Of a stretch of 64,000 nucleotides of DNA, positions 17,731 through 26,409 are shown one piece after another. The notes under the pieces are model-generated. The model was not told the DNA's origin. It did no database searches and saw only the letters and a list, made by a program, of their open reading frames with translations. The stretch lies in assembly GCA_035455425.1 (NCBI GenBank), contig DATIFE010000207.1, forward strand, positions 5,637 to 69,636, in the 5' to 3' direction. A program made the translations under genes and the position numbers. Positions within the stretch are counted from its first letter, which is position 1; each line of letters starts with the position of its first letter. Source of the DNA: Anaeromyxobacteraceae bacterium (GTDB lineage Bacteria; Myxococcota; Myxococcia; Myxococcales; Anaeromyxobacteraceae).

Positions 17731-18531
17731 ATGAGGAAGCAGAGCCGTGCCGGAACGTTGCCCGAGGTTCGCACCCTGCACATCGCCTTCGGAGACGGGC
17801 GGAGGGTGGACCGCCGCAGCGTCCGCTGTCCCGGCGACGGCCGGACGGTGGAGCTCGGCGAGTGCATGGCCTGCGCCGACCACGGCGGGCTGGCCGAGGA
17901 CCGGGCCGCGGGCGTCGAGCGGGTCGCCTGCCGGCGCGTGGCGAGCGCGCGGGGCGCGCCGCGGGGGCGGGCGAGGGGCAGGCGCCGCGCGGGGACGGGG
18001 GAGGAGGCGGGCCGGGCGCGGCTCTCGGAGATCATGACGGTGGACGTGCTGGCGGTGCGGCCCGACGTCAGCCTCGAGGCGTTCGCCGAGCTCCTCCTCG
18101 AGCGCGGCATCGGCGGCGCACCGGTCGTCGACGAGGAGGGGCGCCCCGTGGGCGTCGTCTCCAAGACCGACGTCATCGGCGAGCGCCTGCTCGCGGGCGA
18201 CACCGAGGAGGCCCTGGGCCCGGGCCTCCAGGCGAGCCGCGGCCACTTCCGCGTCGAGGTCGGGCCCGGCTTCCACGCCGAGTCCCTGCCGCGGACCACG
18301 GTGGCCGATGCCATGACGCACGCCGCGATGAGCCTGTCCGAGGACGCGCCGGTGGCCGAGGCCGCGGTGCTCCTGGCGACCCGCGGGATGCACCGCGTTC
18401 CGGTGATCTCGGGCGACGGCAGGGTCGCCGGAATCGTGACCAGCGCGGACGTCGTGCGGTGGGTCGCCCAGCAGGCCGGCCGCCTGCCGGACCCCGGGGT
18501 CGCGCTGCGCCGCAAGCCACGGCGCCGGTAG
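17731..18531 (+). CDS. CBS-domain pair protein with a Cys-containing N-terminal extension
   Basis: 266 aa with two CBS motifs (IMTVDVLAVRPDVSLEAFAELLLERGIGGAPVVDEEGRPVGVVSKTDV; AMTHAAMSLSEDAPVAEAAVLLATRGMHRVPVISGDGRVAGIVTSADV). The N-terminus carries RCPGDG...ECMAC. Confidence 0.8.
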   Translation: MRKQSRAGTLPEVRTLHIAFGDGRRVDRRSVRCPGDGRTVELGECMACADHGGLAEDRAAGVERVACRRVASARGAPRGRARGRRRAGTGEEAGRARLSEIMTVDVLAVRPDVSLEAFAELLLERGIGGAPVVDEEGRPVGVVSKTDVIGERLLAGDTEEALGPGLQASRGHFRVEVGPGFHAESLPRTTVADAMTHAAMSLSEDAPVAEAAVLLATRGMHRVPVISGDGRVAGIVTSADVVRWVAQQAGRLPDPGVALRRKPRRR

Positions 18532-18540
18532 GGGCCCGCG

Positions 18541-19485
18541 GTGTCGCCGGCGCCGGGCCCGGCCGCGGCCTTCCAGCCCGCCTACCTCCTGCTGGGCCCG
18601 GGCGAGCTGGACGAGCGCGCGCGGATCGCCGGGCGCCACCTGGAGCGCTGCGACCTGTGCGGCCGCCGCTGCGGCGTGAACCGGAAGCAGTCGATCCGCG
18701 GCGCCGTGTGCCGGACCGGCGAGCGCGCCCGGGTCCACGCCGCCTTCGCCCACTTCGGCGAGGAGGCCTGCCTCACCGGGTGGGCCGGCTCGGGGACCAT
18801 CTTCTTCTCCTGGTGCAACCTCCGGTGCGTCTACTGCCAGAACTGGGAGATCTCCTGGTGCGGCGCGGGACGCGAGGTGGGCCCCGACGACCTGGCCGCG
18901 ATGATGCTGGCCCTGCAGCGCGCCGGTTGCCACAACGTGAACCTCGTCTCCCCGAGCCACGTGGTGGCGCAGGTCCTGGCTGCCGTGGCCGTCGCCGCGC
19001 GCCGGGGGCTGCGGCTCCCCCTGGTGTACAACACCGGCGGCTACGACAGCCCCGAGGGCCTGGCGCTCCTCGACGGCGTGGTCGACGTCTACATGCCCGA
19101 CGTGAAGTACGGCGACTCCGAGGTGGCCCGCCGCTACTCCCACGTGCGGGACTACGTCGCCGTGAACCGCGCCGCCGTGCGGGAGATGCACCGCCAGGTG
19201 GGCGACCTGGTCGTCGACGGAGACGGGATCGCGCGGCGGGGGCTCCTGGTGCGGCACCTCGTCCTGCCGGGCGGCCTCTCGGGCACGGAAGAGGCGCTCC
19301 GGTTCATCGCCGAGGAGATCTCGCCCGACACCTGGCTGAACCTCATGGGCCAGTACCGGCCCTGCTTCCAGGCGCCGGAGCACCCCGCCCTGGCACGGCG
19401 GCCCACCGGCGCGGAGCTGGCGGCCGCGGCCGGCGCGGCGCGCCGCCTGGGCCTGCGGCGGCTCGATCCGGGCTCGGTCCGGTGA
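18541..19485 (+). CDS. radical SAM protein, PflX-like (COG1313, putative glycyl-radical/PFL-type activase family)
   Basis: 314 aa with a GTG start. An N-terminal Cys cluster (CDLCGRRCGVNRKQSIRGAVC) precedes HFGEEACLTGWAGSGTIFFSWCNLRCVYCQNWEIS, the radical SAM CX3CX2C. Confidence 0.8.
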   Translation: MSPAPGPAAAFQPAYLLLGPGELDERARIAGRHLERCDLCGRRCGVNRKQSIRGAVCRTGERARVHAAFAHFGEEACLTGWAGSGTIFFSWCNLRCVYCQNWEISWCGAGREVGPDDLAAMMLALQRAGCHNVNLVSPSHVVAQVLAAVAVAARRGLRLPLVYNTGGYDSPEGLALLDGVVDVYMPDVKYGDSEVARRYSHVRDYVAVNRAAVREMHRQVGDLVVDGDGIARRGLLVRHLVLPGGLSGTEEALRFIAEEISPDTWLNLMGQYRPCFQAPEHPALARRPTGAELAAAAGAARRLGLRRLDPGSVR

Positions 19486-19566
19486 GGGTCCCGCCGGCTG
19501 CGCCGGCCCGGACGCCCTGCTCGAATGGGCAGGCGTGGCCTCCCCGCCCATGCTACGCGTGAGGCC

Positions 19567-20877
19567 ATGGGACATCTCGGCCGGCTCAAGGAGCAGTACC
19601 GCGACCTCGCGGACCGGCTCCAGGCCGGGCCCGTGGCCTTCCCGGAGCCGCCGGATCCCGGGGCCTGGCAGGGCTGGCGGGAGATCCTCGAGATCCTCTA
19701 CACGCCGGAGGACGCCGCCCTGGCGGCCCGCCTGCCGGTGCGGCCCATGTCGCTCGACCGCCTGGCGGAGCGGCTCGGGATCCCGGCGGCCGAGCTCCAG
19801 CCCCGGCTCGACGGCATGTGCGACAAGGGCCTGGTGATGGACCTGGTGAACCCGCGCACCGGGCGGGCCGCCTACCTGCTCTCGCCGCCCGTGGTCGGCT
19901 TCTTCGAGTACTCGCTCATGAGGGCGCACGACTCCGTTCCCAAGAAGCGGATGGCCGAGGCGCTCCACGCCTACACCCACGGCGACGAGACCTTCGCCCG
20001 CGAGGCCTTCGGGGGCGACACCACCATCGGCCGGGCGCTGGTGCACGAGACGGCGCTGGCCGACGACCCGCTGCCCGACGTCCTCGACTGGCAGCGCGCC
20101 ACCGCGGTCGTCGGGGAGGCGCGTTCCTGGGCGGTCTCGCTGTGCTACTGCCGGCACAAGGCCGAGCACCTGGGACAGGCCTGCGGCGCCCCGCAGGAGA
20201 TCTGCCTCTCGCTGAACGGCGGGGCCGACTTCGTGGTCCGCCGGCGCTTCGGCCGGGCCATCGAGCGGAGCGAGGCGCTCGAGGTCCTGGAGAGGTCGCG
20301 TGCGGCGGGCCTGGTGCAGATCGCCGACAACGTCCGCAACCGGCCCACCTTCGTGTGCAACTGCTGCGGCTGCTGCTGCGAGCAGCTCCAGGGCGCGAGC
20401 CGGTGGGGGCTGGCCGCGGTGAACCCGAGCGGCTTCGCGCCGCGGCGCGATGCGGCGGTGTGCAGCGGCTGCTCGCGCTGCGCCCGCGCCTGCCCGCTGG
20501 CGGCCATCGAGATGGTCCCGGAGCGGCACCCCGGCAGGCAGAAGAGCGGCCTCGCGCCCTCGGTCGACGAGACTCGCTGCATCGGCTGCGGCGCCTGCGC
20601 CACCGCCTGCCACAAGGGCGCGATGCGGATGCACCCCGGCGGCTCGCCGCGGCCGGTGCCGGCGACCGCGGTGGAGCGCGTGGTGCGCATGGCGCTCGAG
20701 CGCGGCCGCCTGGCCGACCTCCTCTTCGACGAGGGTGCCGGGCTGGGCAGCCGCTTCCTCCACCACGCGGTGCGGGCCATCGGCCGGCTCCCGCCGGCGT
20801 CGCGGCTGCTGGCCTCGGAGCAGGTGCGCTCGCGCTTCGTGCGGTCGGCGCTCGGGCGCTTCCGCGACGAGGCGTAG
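19567..20877 (+). CDS. Fe-S protein: N-terminal winged-helix-like region, poly-Cys motif and 2x[4Fe-4S] ferredoxin domain
   Basis: ATG 19567 within ORF 19525..20877. Motifs are CYCRHKAEHLGQAC, CNCCGCCCEQ, then CSGCSRCARACP and CIGCGACATACH. Confidence 0.75.
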   Translation: MGHLGRLKEQYRDLADRLQAGPVAFPEPPDPGAWQGWREILEILYTPEDAALAARLPVRPMSLDRLAERLGIPAAELQPRLDGMCDKGLVMDLVNPRTGRAAYLLSPPVVGFFEYSLMRAHDSVPKKRMAEALHAYTHGDETFAREAFGGDTTIGRALVHETALADDPLPDVLDWQRATAVVGEARSWAVSLCYCRHKAEHLGQACGAPQEICLSLNGGADFVVRRRFGRAIERSEALEVLERSRAAGLVQIADNVRNRPTFVCNCCGCCCEQLQGASRWGLAAVNPSGFAPRRDAAVCSGCSRCARACPLAAIEMVPERHPGRQKSGLAPSVDETRCIGCGACATACHKGAMRMHPGGSPRPVPATAVERVVRMALERGRLADLLFDEGAGLGSRFLHHAVRAIGRLPPASRLLASEQVRSRFVRSALGRFRDEA

Positions 20878-20911
20878 GGGAGGGTGCCCCGGGTGGCCGG
20901 GAACGTCCCGC

Positions 20912-21169
20912 CTAGCCGACCATCTCCTCGTCGGCGTAGCACCAGGTCCAGCCCTCGTCCGGCTGGAACGACCGGATGAGCGGGTGCCCGGTGTCGCGGA
21001 AGTGCCTCGTGGCGTGCTTGCCGGGCGAGGAGTCGCAGCAGCCGACGTGGCCGCAGGCCCGGCACAGCCGGAGGTGCACCCAGCGGCCCCCCGTCGCCAG
21101 GCACTCCTCGCAGCCCCTGGGCGTTTTCGGCGGCGGGTCCCTGGCTTCCCGGAGGTGCGTGCAGGCCAT
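20912..21169 (-). CDS. stand-alone UBP-type zinc-finger protein
   Basis: ATG 21169 gives 85 aa: GCEECLATGGRWVHLRLCRACGHVGCCDSSPGKHATRHFRDTGHPLIRSF...WTWCYADE. This is the zf-UBP Cys/His pattern. Confidence 0.8.
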   Translation of the reverse strand: MACTHLREARDPPPKTPRGCEECLATGGRWVHLRLCRACGHVGCCDSSPGKHATRHFRDTGHPLIRSFQPDEGWTWCYADEEMVG

Positions 21170-21320
21170 GGGCGTCTTCTCCCCGTCGGCGCGCTGCCAC
21201 GTCTCCTTCCCCGGCAGGGCCGCCGCCGCCACGGTTTCCGCCGGCGCACCCCGAGTGGATGCCGGGGGCCTCCCCGGGGCCTTGCGGGCGCGAGGCGACG
21301 TGCGCTTGGTACGGGAGCCC

Positions 21321-22559
21321 ATGCCTGCCGACGCGGCCCCCCGCACCGCCCCCCTCCTGGCCGCCCTCCTCGGCCTCGCCCTGGCGGGTTGCGGTGGCGG
21401 GGGAAAGGGCACGGGAGGCCCGGCGACCGGATGCCAGGATCTGGACGGCGATGGGTTCACGACCTGTGGTGGAGACTGCTGTGACGTGGCCGGCCCTGGC
21501 TGCCCCGACCCGGCGAGCGTCAACCCGGGCGCCTTCGACGTGCCCGGGAACGGCGTGGACGACGACTGCAGCGGCGCGGCCGACGACGCCCCGGCGACCT
21601 GCGACGTGGGGCTGGCCTCCAACTCGTCGAGCGCGGCCGACTACGCCGCCGCCATCGACCTCTGCCAGACCTCGACCGGGCCCGGGGTCCGCTGGGGGGT
21701 CCTCTCCGCGGGCCTGGTCCTGGCGGACGGCACCGGCGCTCCCGACGCGGCGCAGGCCTCGATCCGGCCGGCCTTCGGCGGGACGGCGAGCCTCTCGGGG
21801 AGCTCCCTGGTCGTCCTCTCGACGGGGCACGCGGCGGCGACCGGGCAGGCCAATCCCTCCTTCATCGCCTTCCAGCCCGGGCTCGCCGTGGGAACGTCCT
21901 CGTCGGCCCCGGCCGACTGGCTCGCCGCGAACGGCGGCGCGATGCCGGCTGCCCCGGGCTGCCCCGCCCCGAGCGGCACCACCGTCGTCGACCCGGTGAT
22001 GCTCGTCCTGCGGGTCCGCGTGCCCACGAATGCCCGCTCCTTCGAGCTCCCCGTCAAGTACCTCACCAGCGACTACCCGGAGTGGGCCTGCAGCCCCTAC
22101 GACGACCGTGCCGTCGTGCTGCTCGACTCGAGCTGGACCGGATCTCCCGCCAACCCCGGCGACAAGAACCTGGCGGTCTACCGGACGCCCGGCGGCCTCG
22201 GCTACCCGCTCGACGTCAACCTGGCCACCGGGAACACCGGGCTGTTCACCGCCTGCGTGAACGGCAACCTCGGCTGTACCGCGGGCGCGACCCCGGGGAC
22301 GGCGAGCACCTGCACCGAGGTCGCCTCGCTCGCGGGCACCGGTCTCGACGGCTCCGATCCGGGCAACTGCGATGCGGGCAGCCTGGTCGGCGGCGGCACC
22401 GGCTGGCTCGCGGTCCGGGGCAACGTCGTCGGGGGCGAGATCATCACCCTGCGCATCGGGCTCTGGGACACCTCCGACGGCGTCAACGACTCGGTGGCGC
22501 TGCTCGACGGCTTCCGCTGGTCCACCCAGGTGGCGCAGCCGGGGCTGTTCATCCGCTAG
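21321..22559 (+). CDS. lipoprotein with MopE-like 'putative metal-binding' Cys/Asp motif and a large beta-rich C-terminal domain
   Basis: ATG 21321 within ORF 20976..22559. The lipobox is [28 protein letters not shown]...[12 protein letters not shown] is the DGDG/CDD motif common in myxobacterial lipoproteins. The remainder has no family I can name with confidence. Confidence 0.7.
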   Translation: MPADAAPRTAPLLAALLGLALAGCGGGGKGTGGPATGCQDLDGDGFTTCGGDCCDVAGPGCPDPASVNPGAFDVPGNGVDDDCSGAADDAPATCDVGLASNSSSAADYAAAIDLCQTSTGPGVRWGVLSAGLVLADGTGAPDAAQASIRPAFGGTASLSGSSLVVLSTGHAAATGQANPSFIAFQPGLAVGTSSSAPADWLAANGGAMPAAPGCPAPSGTTVVDPVMLVLRVRVPTNARSFELPVKYLTSDYPEWACSPYDDRAVVLLDSSWTGSPANPGDKNLAVYRTPGGLGYPLDVNLATGNTGLFTACVNGNLGCTAGATPGTASTCTEVASLAGTGLDGSDPGNCDAGSLVGGGTGWLAVRGNVVGGEIITLRIGLWDTSDGVNDSVALLDGFRWSTQVAQPGLFIR

Positions 22560-22570
22560 GATGTCCCTTC

Positions 22571-22963
22571 ATGGACGTCCTCCAGCCGCCCGGATGGCCC
22601 AGGCCCCGGGGCTACTCGAACGGAATCGTCGCCCGCGGGCGCCTGGTCTTCGTCGCCGGGCAGGTGGGCTGCAACGCGCAGCAGAAGTTCGAGAGCGGCG
22701 ACCTCGTCGGGCAGGCGAGGCAGGCCCTGCGGAACGTGCTCGCCGTCCTGGCCGAGGCCGGGGCCGGGCCGGAGCACGTCTGCCGGATGACCTGGTACCT
22801 GGCCGACCGGGACGAGTACCTCTCGCGCCTCGCCGACCTGGGGGCCGCCTACCGGGAGGTCATGGGGAGGAGCTTCCCGGCGATGACCGCGATCCAGGTC
22901 GCGGGCTTCGTCGAGCCCGGCGCCCGGCTGGAGATCGAGGCCACCGCGGTCGTCCCCGAGTAG
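22571..22963 (+). CDS. RidA/YjgF family reactive-intermediate deaminase
   Basis: ATG 22571 within ORF 22082..22963 gives 130 aa. Motifs are [19 protein letters not shown], the [17 protein letters not shown]-type helix and [11 protein letters not shown]. Confidence 0.9.
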   Translation: MDVLQPPGWPRPRGYSNGIVARGRLVFVAGQVGCNAQQKFESGDLVGQARQALRNVLAVLAEAGAGPEHVCRMTWYLADRDEYLSRLADLGAAYREVMGRSFPAMTAIQVAGFVEPGARLEIEATAVVPE

Positions 22964-22968
22964 CCGCC

Positions 22969-23709
22969 TTGCCCTCGCTCCGCGACTGGCTGGCGGAGGC
23001 CCCGTTCGCGCTCGGCCTCTCGTCGGGGTTCTTCGGGTTCTTCGCCCACGCCGGCGTGGTCTCGGTGCTGGAGGAGGAGGGGCTGCTGCCGGAGCGCATC
23101 TGCGGCTCGAGCGCCGGCGCCCTCGTCGGCGGGCTCTGGGGCGCTGGCCTGCCGGCCCGGCGGATCCGCGAGGAGCTGCTCTCCCTGCGCCGCGAGCACT
23201 TCTGGGACCCGGGTCCCGGCCTCGGGCTCCTGCGCGGCGAGCTGTTCCGGGCGCGGCTCGAGGCGCTGCTGCCGGTGCGGACCTTCGAGGAGTGCCCGCG
23301 GCCGGTGGCGCTCTCGGCGTTCGACGTGCTCGGGTGGCGCACCGCCGTGCTGGCGAGCGGCCCGCTGGCGCCGGCCATCCAGGCGTCCTGCGCCGCCCCG
23401 CTGCTGTTCCACCCGGTGCGCATCGGCCGCCGGCTCTACGCGGACGGCGGCGTGCGCGATCGCCACGGCCTCGGGGCGCTGGGCGCGGAGGAGCGCGTGC
23501 TCTACCACCACCTGACGTCAATCTCGCCGTGGCGGCGCCGGGGGAGCCCGGCCCTGCGCGTGCCGGTTCGCCCCTCGCTCCGGGCGGTGGCGCTCGAGGG
23601 GTTGCCGCGCCTCGGCCCCTTCCGCCTCGAGCGCGGGGCCGAGGCGATGGAGCGGGCGGCGGAGGGCATGCGCCGGGCGCTGGACGCCCCCGGAGGCGCC
23701 GCCGGGTGA
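22969..23709 (+). CDS. patatin-like phospholipase
   Basis: This is the 3' part of ORF 22372..23709. It has the oxyanion [15 protein letters not shown], the nucleophile elbow GSSAG and the catalytic Asp in YADGGV. The start is uncertain; TTG 22969 is the first plausible codon after the RidA stop. Confidence 0.75.
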   Translation: MPSLRDWLAEAPFALGLSSGFFGFFAHAGVVSVLEEEGLLPERICGSSAGALVGGLWGAGLPARRIREELLSLRREHFWDPGPGLGLLRGELFRARLEALLPVRTFEECPRPVALSAFDVLGWRTAVLASGPLAPAIQASCAAPLLFHPVRIGRRLYADGGVRDRHGLGALGAEERVLYHHLTSISPWRRRGSPALRVPVRPSLRAVALEGLPRLGPFRLERGAEAMERAAEGMRRALDAPGGAAG

Positions 23710-23720
23710 CCCGAGGCGAC

Positions 23721-23770
23721 TTGACGCAGGTCCCGCCGGCCTGCTAGCAATTAAACCGGCTGGCCGGTTT
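23721..23770 (+). promoter_or_regulatory. candidate promoter plus perfect palindromic operator upstream of the TetR-led operon
   Basis: TTGACG (23721-26), an 18-nt spacer and TAGCAA (23745-50) form a possible promoter. It is immediately followed by AAACCGGC-TG-GCCGGTTT (23753-23770), with 8-nt perfect inverted arms. This is the only AT-containing patch in the 86-nt intergenic region. Confidence 0.4.
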
Positions 23771-23795
23771 TTCTCGGCTCCCCCGGGAGGCGACC

Positions 23796-24419
23796 TTGAA
23801 CGCGATGAGCGAGAAGGAGCTCCTCCGGAAGGAAGCCATCGGCCGCGCGGCCGCCAAGCTCTTCGACGAGAAGGGCTACCTGGAGACCAGCCTCAAGGAC
23901 ATCTCGGCCGAGGCGGGCGCCAGCAAGGGCGCCATCTACTACTACTTCTCCAGCAAGCACGAGATCCTGTTCTTCATCCTCGACACCTACATGGACAGCC
24001 TCCTCCACGGGCTGGAGGACGAGCTGCGGGGCCTGCCGCCCGGCGTGGCGCGGGTCGAGTACATCACCCGGCGCCACCTGTCGCTCTACAACAACCGGGT
24101 CCCGGAGGCGAAGGCCCTCCTGGTGGACGCCACCAACCTTCCCAAGAAGGACTTCCGGATCGTCGCCGGCAAGCAGAAGCGGTACGCGGGCATCCTCGTC
24201 GACGCGCTGTCCGAGTACTTCGGCAGGAGGATGCCGCCGGTCCACCTCAAGGCCATCGCCTACATCCTCTTCGGGATGTGCAACTCGGTCATGCACTGGC
24301 ACGACCCCGAGGGGCCCATCAAGCTCGATGAGCTCACCGAGATGTGCGTGAACATCTTCCTCCGAGGAACGGCCCATTACTTCGGGGCGGGCGGCCGCCG
24401 GAGGGCGGAGGGCGCATGA
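23796..24419 (+). CDS. TetR/AcrR family transcriptional regulator
   Basis: 207 aa. The N-terminal HTH is AAAKLFDEKGYLETSLKDISAEAGASKGAIYYYFSSKHEIL. The start is TTG 23796 (5 nt after GGGAGG) or ATG 23805. The stop overlaps the next gene's ATG (ATGA at 24416-19). Confidence 0.9.
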   Translation: MNAMSEKELLRKEAIGRAAAKLFDEKGYLETSLKDISAEAGASKGAIYYYFSSKHEILFFILDTYMDSLLHGLEDELRGLPPGVARVEYITRRHLSLYNNRVPEAKALLVDATNLPKKDFRIVAGKQKRYAGILVDALSEYFGRRMPPVHLKAIAYILFGMCNSVMHWHDPEGPIKLDELTEMCVNIFLRGTAHYFGAGGRRRAEGA

Positions 24420-25375
24420 CGGATTCCAGCCGGGAGCTGCTCGACATCCTCGCGTCGATGGTGCGGATACGCCGGGTCGAGGAGCGCCTCACCGAGCTCT
24501 TCAGCCAGGGGAAGATCCCCGGCTTCATCCACACCAGCATCGGCCAGGAGGCGGTCGCGGCGGGCGTCTGCTCGGCCCTGGAGCGGGAGGACTCGATCCT
24601 CACCACCCACCGCGGCCACGGTCACGCGGTGGCCAAGGGCATCGACCTGAAGCGCTTCATGGCCGAGATCTTCGGACGCCGCAACGGCTTCTGCAAGGGC
24701 AAGTCCGGCTCGATGCACGTGGCCGACCGGGAGATCGGGGTCGCCGGGGCGAACGGCATCGTCGGCGGCGGCCTGCCCATCGCGCTCGGGACCGCCTTCG
24801 CCGCGCAGTACCGCGGCGGGAAGGCGGTCACCGTCTGCTTCTTCGGCGACGGCGCCTCCAACCAGGGCACCTTCCACGAGGCCCTGAACATCGCCGCGCT
24901 GTGGAGCCTGCCGGTGGTCTTCTGCTGCGAGAACAACCGGTGGGCGCAGTTCACGCCGCAGAGCCGCTACATGAAGGTGGAGCACGTCGCCGCGCGGGCG
25001 GAGTCGTACGGGATGGTGGGCGTGACCGTGGACGGCAACGACGTGCTGCAGGTGCGCCGGGCCGCGCAGGAGGCGGTGGCCTGGGCGCGGCGGGGCGAGG
25101 GCCCGACGCTGCTGGAGTGCGAGGTCGGCCGGTGGTTCGGCCACTACGTCGGCGACGCTCAGAAGTACCGCTCGGCGGACGAGGTGAAGACGGCCCGGAC
25201 GCTCGATCCCATCCAGCGGTTCGCGAGCGCGCTGGTGGAGTCGAAGGCCCTCGGCTGGGACGGGCTGGAGGCCATCGAGGCGCGGATCCGGGCGGAGATC
25301 GACGCCGCCGTCGCCTTCGCGGTCGAGAGCCCGGCCGCCGATCCCGAGGAGCTCCTCACCGACGTCTATGCCTGA
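24416..25375 (+). CDS. thiamine-diphosphate-dependent dehydrogenase E1 component, alpha subunit (pyruvate/acetoin/2-oxoacid family)
   Basis: ATG 24416 within ORF 24344..25375. Motifs include IPGFIHTSIGQEAVAAG, SMHVAD and the TPP motif GDGASNQGTFHEALNIAALWSLPVVFCCENN. Confidence 0.9.
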   Translation: MTDSSRELLDILASMVRIRRVEERLTELFSQGKIPGFIHTSIGQEAVAAGVCSALEREDSILTTHRGHGHAVAKGIDLKRFMAEIFGRRNGFCKGKSGSMHVADREIGVAGANGIVGGGLPIALGTAFAAQYRGGKAVTVCFFGDGASNQGTFHEALNIAALWSLPVVFCCENNRWAQFTPQSRYMKVEHVAARAESYGMVGVTVDGNDVLQVRRAAQEAVAWARRGEGPTLLECEVGRWFGHYVGDAQKYRSADEVKTARTLDPIQRFASALVESKALGWDGLEAIEARIRAEIDAAVAFAVESPAADPEELLTDVYA

Positions 25376-25430
25376 GCGCGGGCCCGCGGCCGCGGGCCCG
25401 GCACGAGCGACCACAGCCCGGAGAACCCCG

Positions 25431-26399
25431 ATGAGGGAAACGCGCTACGTCAAGGCCGTCAACGAGGCGCTGTTCGAGGAGATGGCCCGGGACGAGAACG
25501 TCTTCGTCGTGGGCGAGGACGTGGGCGGCGCCGGCGGTGCGTTCAGCGCCACGCGCGATCTCCTGCAGCGCTTCGGCGAGCGGCGCGTCCGCGACACCCC
25601 CATCAGCGAGGCGGCCATCGTCGGGATCGCCACCGGCGCCGCCATGCAGGGCTTGCGGCCGGTGGCGGAGATCATGTTCGCCGACTTCCTGACGCTCTCG
25701 ATGGACCAGGTCGTCAACCAGCTGGCCAAGGTCCGCTACATGTTCGGCGGGATGTACCGGATGCCGGTGGTGATCCGGGCCGCCACCGGCGGCGGCCTCA
25801 ACGCCGGGCCGCAGCACTCGCAGTCCCTCGAGGCCTGGTTCGCCCACGTGCCCGGGCTCAAGGTGGTGATGCCGGCCACGCCCTACGACGCGAAGGGCCT
25901 CCTCAAGGCGGCCATCCGCGACGACAACCCGGTCCTCTTCCTCGAGCACAAGGCCCTGTACGCCTCGAAGGGAGACGTCCCGGAGGAGGAGTACCTGGTC
26001 CCCATCGGCAAGGCGGACGTGAAGCGGGCCGGGAAGGACGTGACCATCGTGACGGCCTCCCGCATGGTCCACCACTGCCTCGAGGCGGCCGCGGCGCTCG
26101 CCGGCGAGGGGATCGAGGCCGAGGTGATCGACCTGCGCACCATCAGCCCGCTCGATCGGGAGGCGATCCTCCGGTCCGTCGAGAAGACCTCGCGGCTGGT
26201 CGTGGCCCACGAGGCGGTGAAGGCCTTCGGCTTCGGCGCCGAGATCGTGGCCATGGTCTGCGAGGAGCTGGGCGGCCGCGTGCGCCGGCCCGCGCGGGTG
26301 GGTGCGCCGTTCGTTCCGGTGCCGTTCGCCCAGGAGAAGCAGTACCTGCCCGCCGCCGCCGACGTGGTCCAGGCCGTGAAGCGCGTGATGGTCTCCTGA
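25431..26399 (+). CDS. dehydrogenase E1 component, beta subunit (transketolase-like)
   Basis: ATG 25431 within ORF 25368..26399. Motifs include VFVVGEDVG, RVRDTPISEAAIVGIATGAAMQGLRPV, FADFL, GPQHSQSLEAWFAHVPGLKVV and VIDLRTISPLD. Confidence 0.9.
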   Translation: MRETRYVKAVNEALFEEMARDENVFVVGEDVGGAGGAFSATRDLLQRFGERRVRDTPISEAAIVGIATGAAMQGLRPVAEIMFADFLTLSMDQVVNQLAKVRYMFGGMYRMPVVIRAATGGGLNAGPQHSQSLEAWFAHVPGLKVVMPATPYDAKGLLKAAIRDDNPVLFLEHKALYASKGDVPEEEYLVPIGKADVKRAGKDVTIVTASRMVHHCLEAAAALAGEGIEAEVIDLRTISPLDREAILRSVEKTSRLVVAHEAVKAFGFGAEIVAMVCEELGGRVRRPARVGAPFVPVPFAQEKQYLPAAADVVQAVKRVMVS

Positions 26400-26409
26400 G
26401 GGAGGGCTC

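Noticed and set aside
15928-21249. 1773-aa minus-strand ORF, the longest in the track.
   Set aside because: It runs antisense across maeA, the CBS gene, the radical SAM gene and the Fe-S gene, all of which have strong family motifs on the plus strand. The translation is low-complexity (R/A/G/P/H/E).
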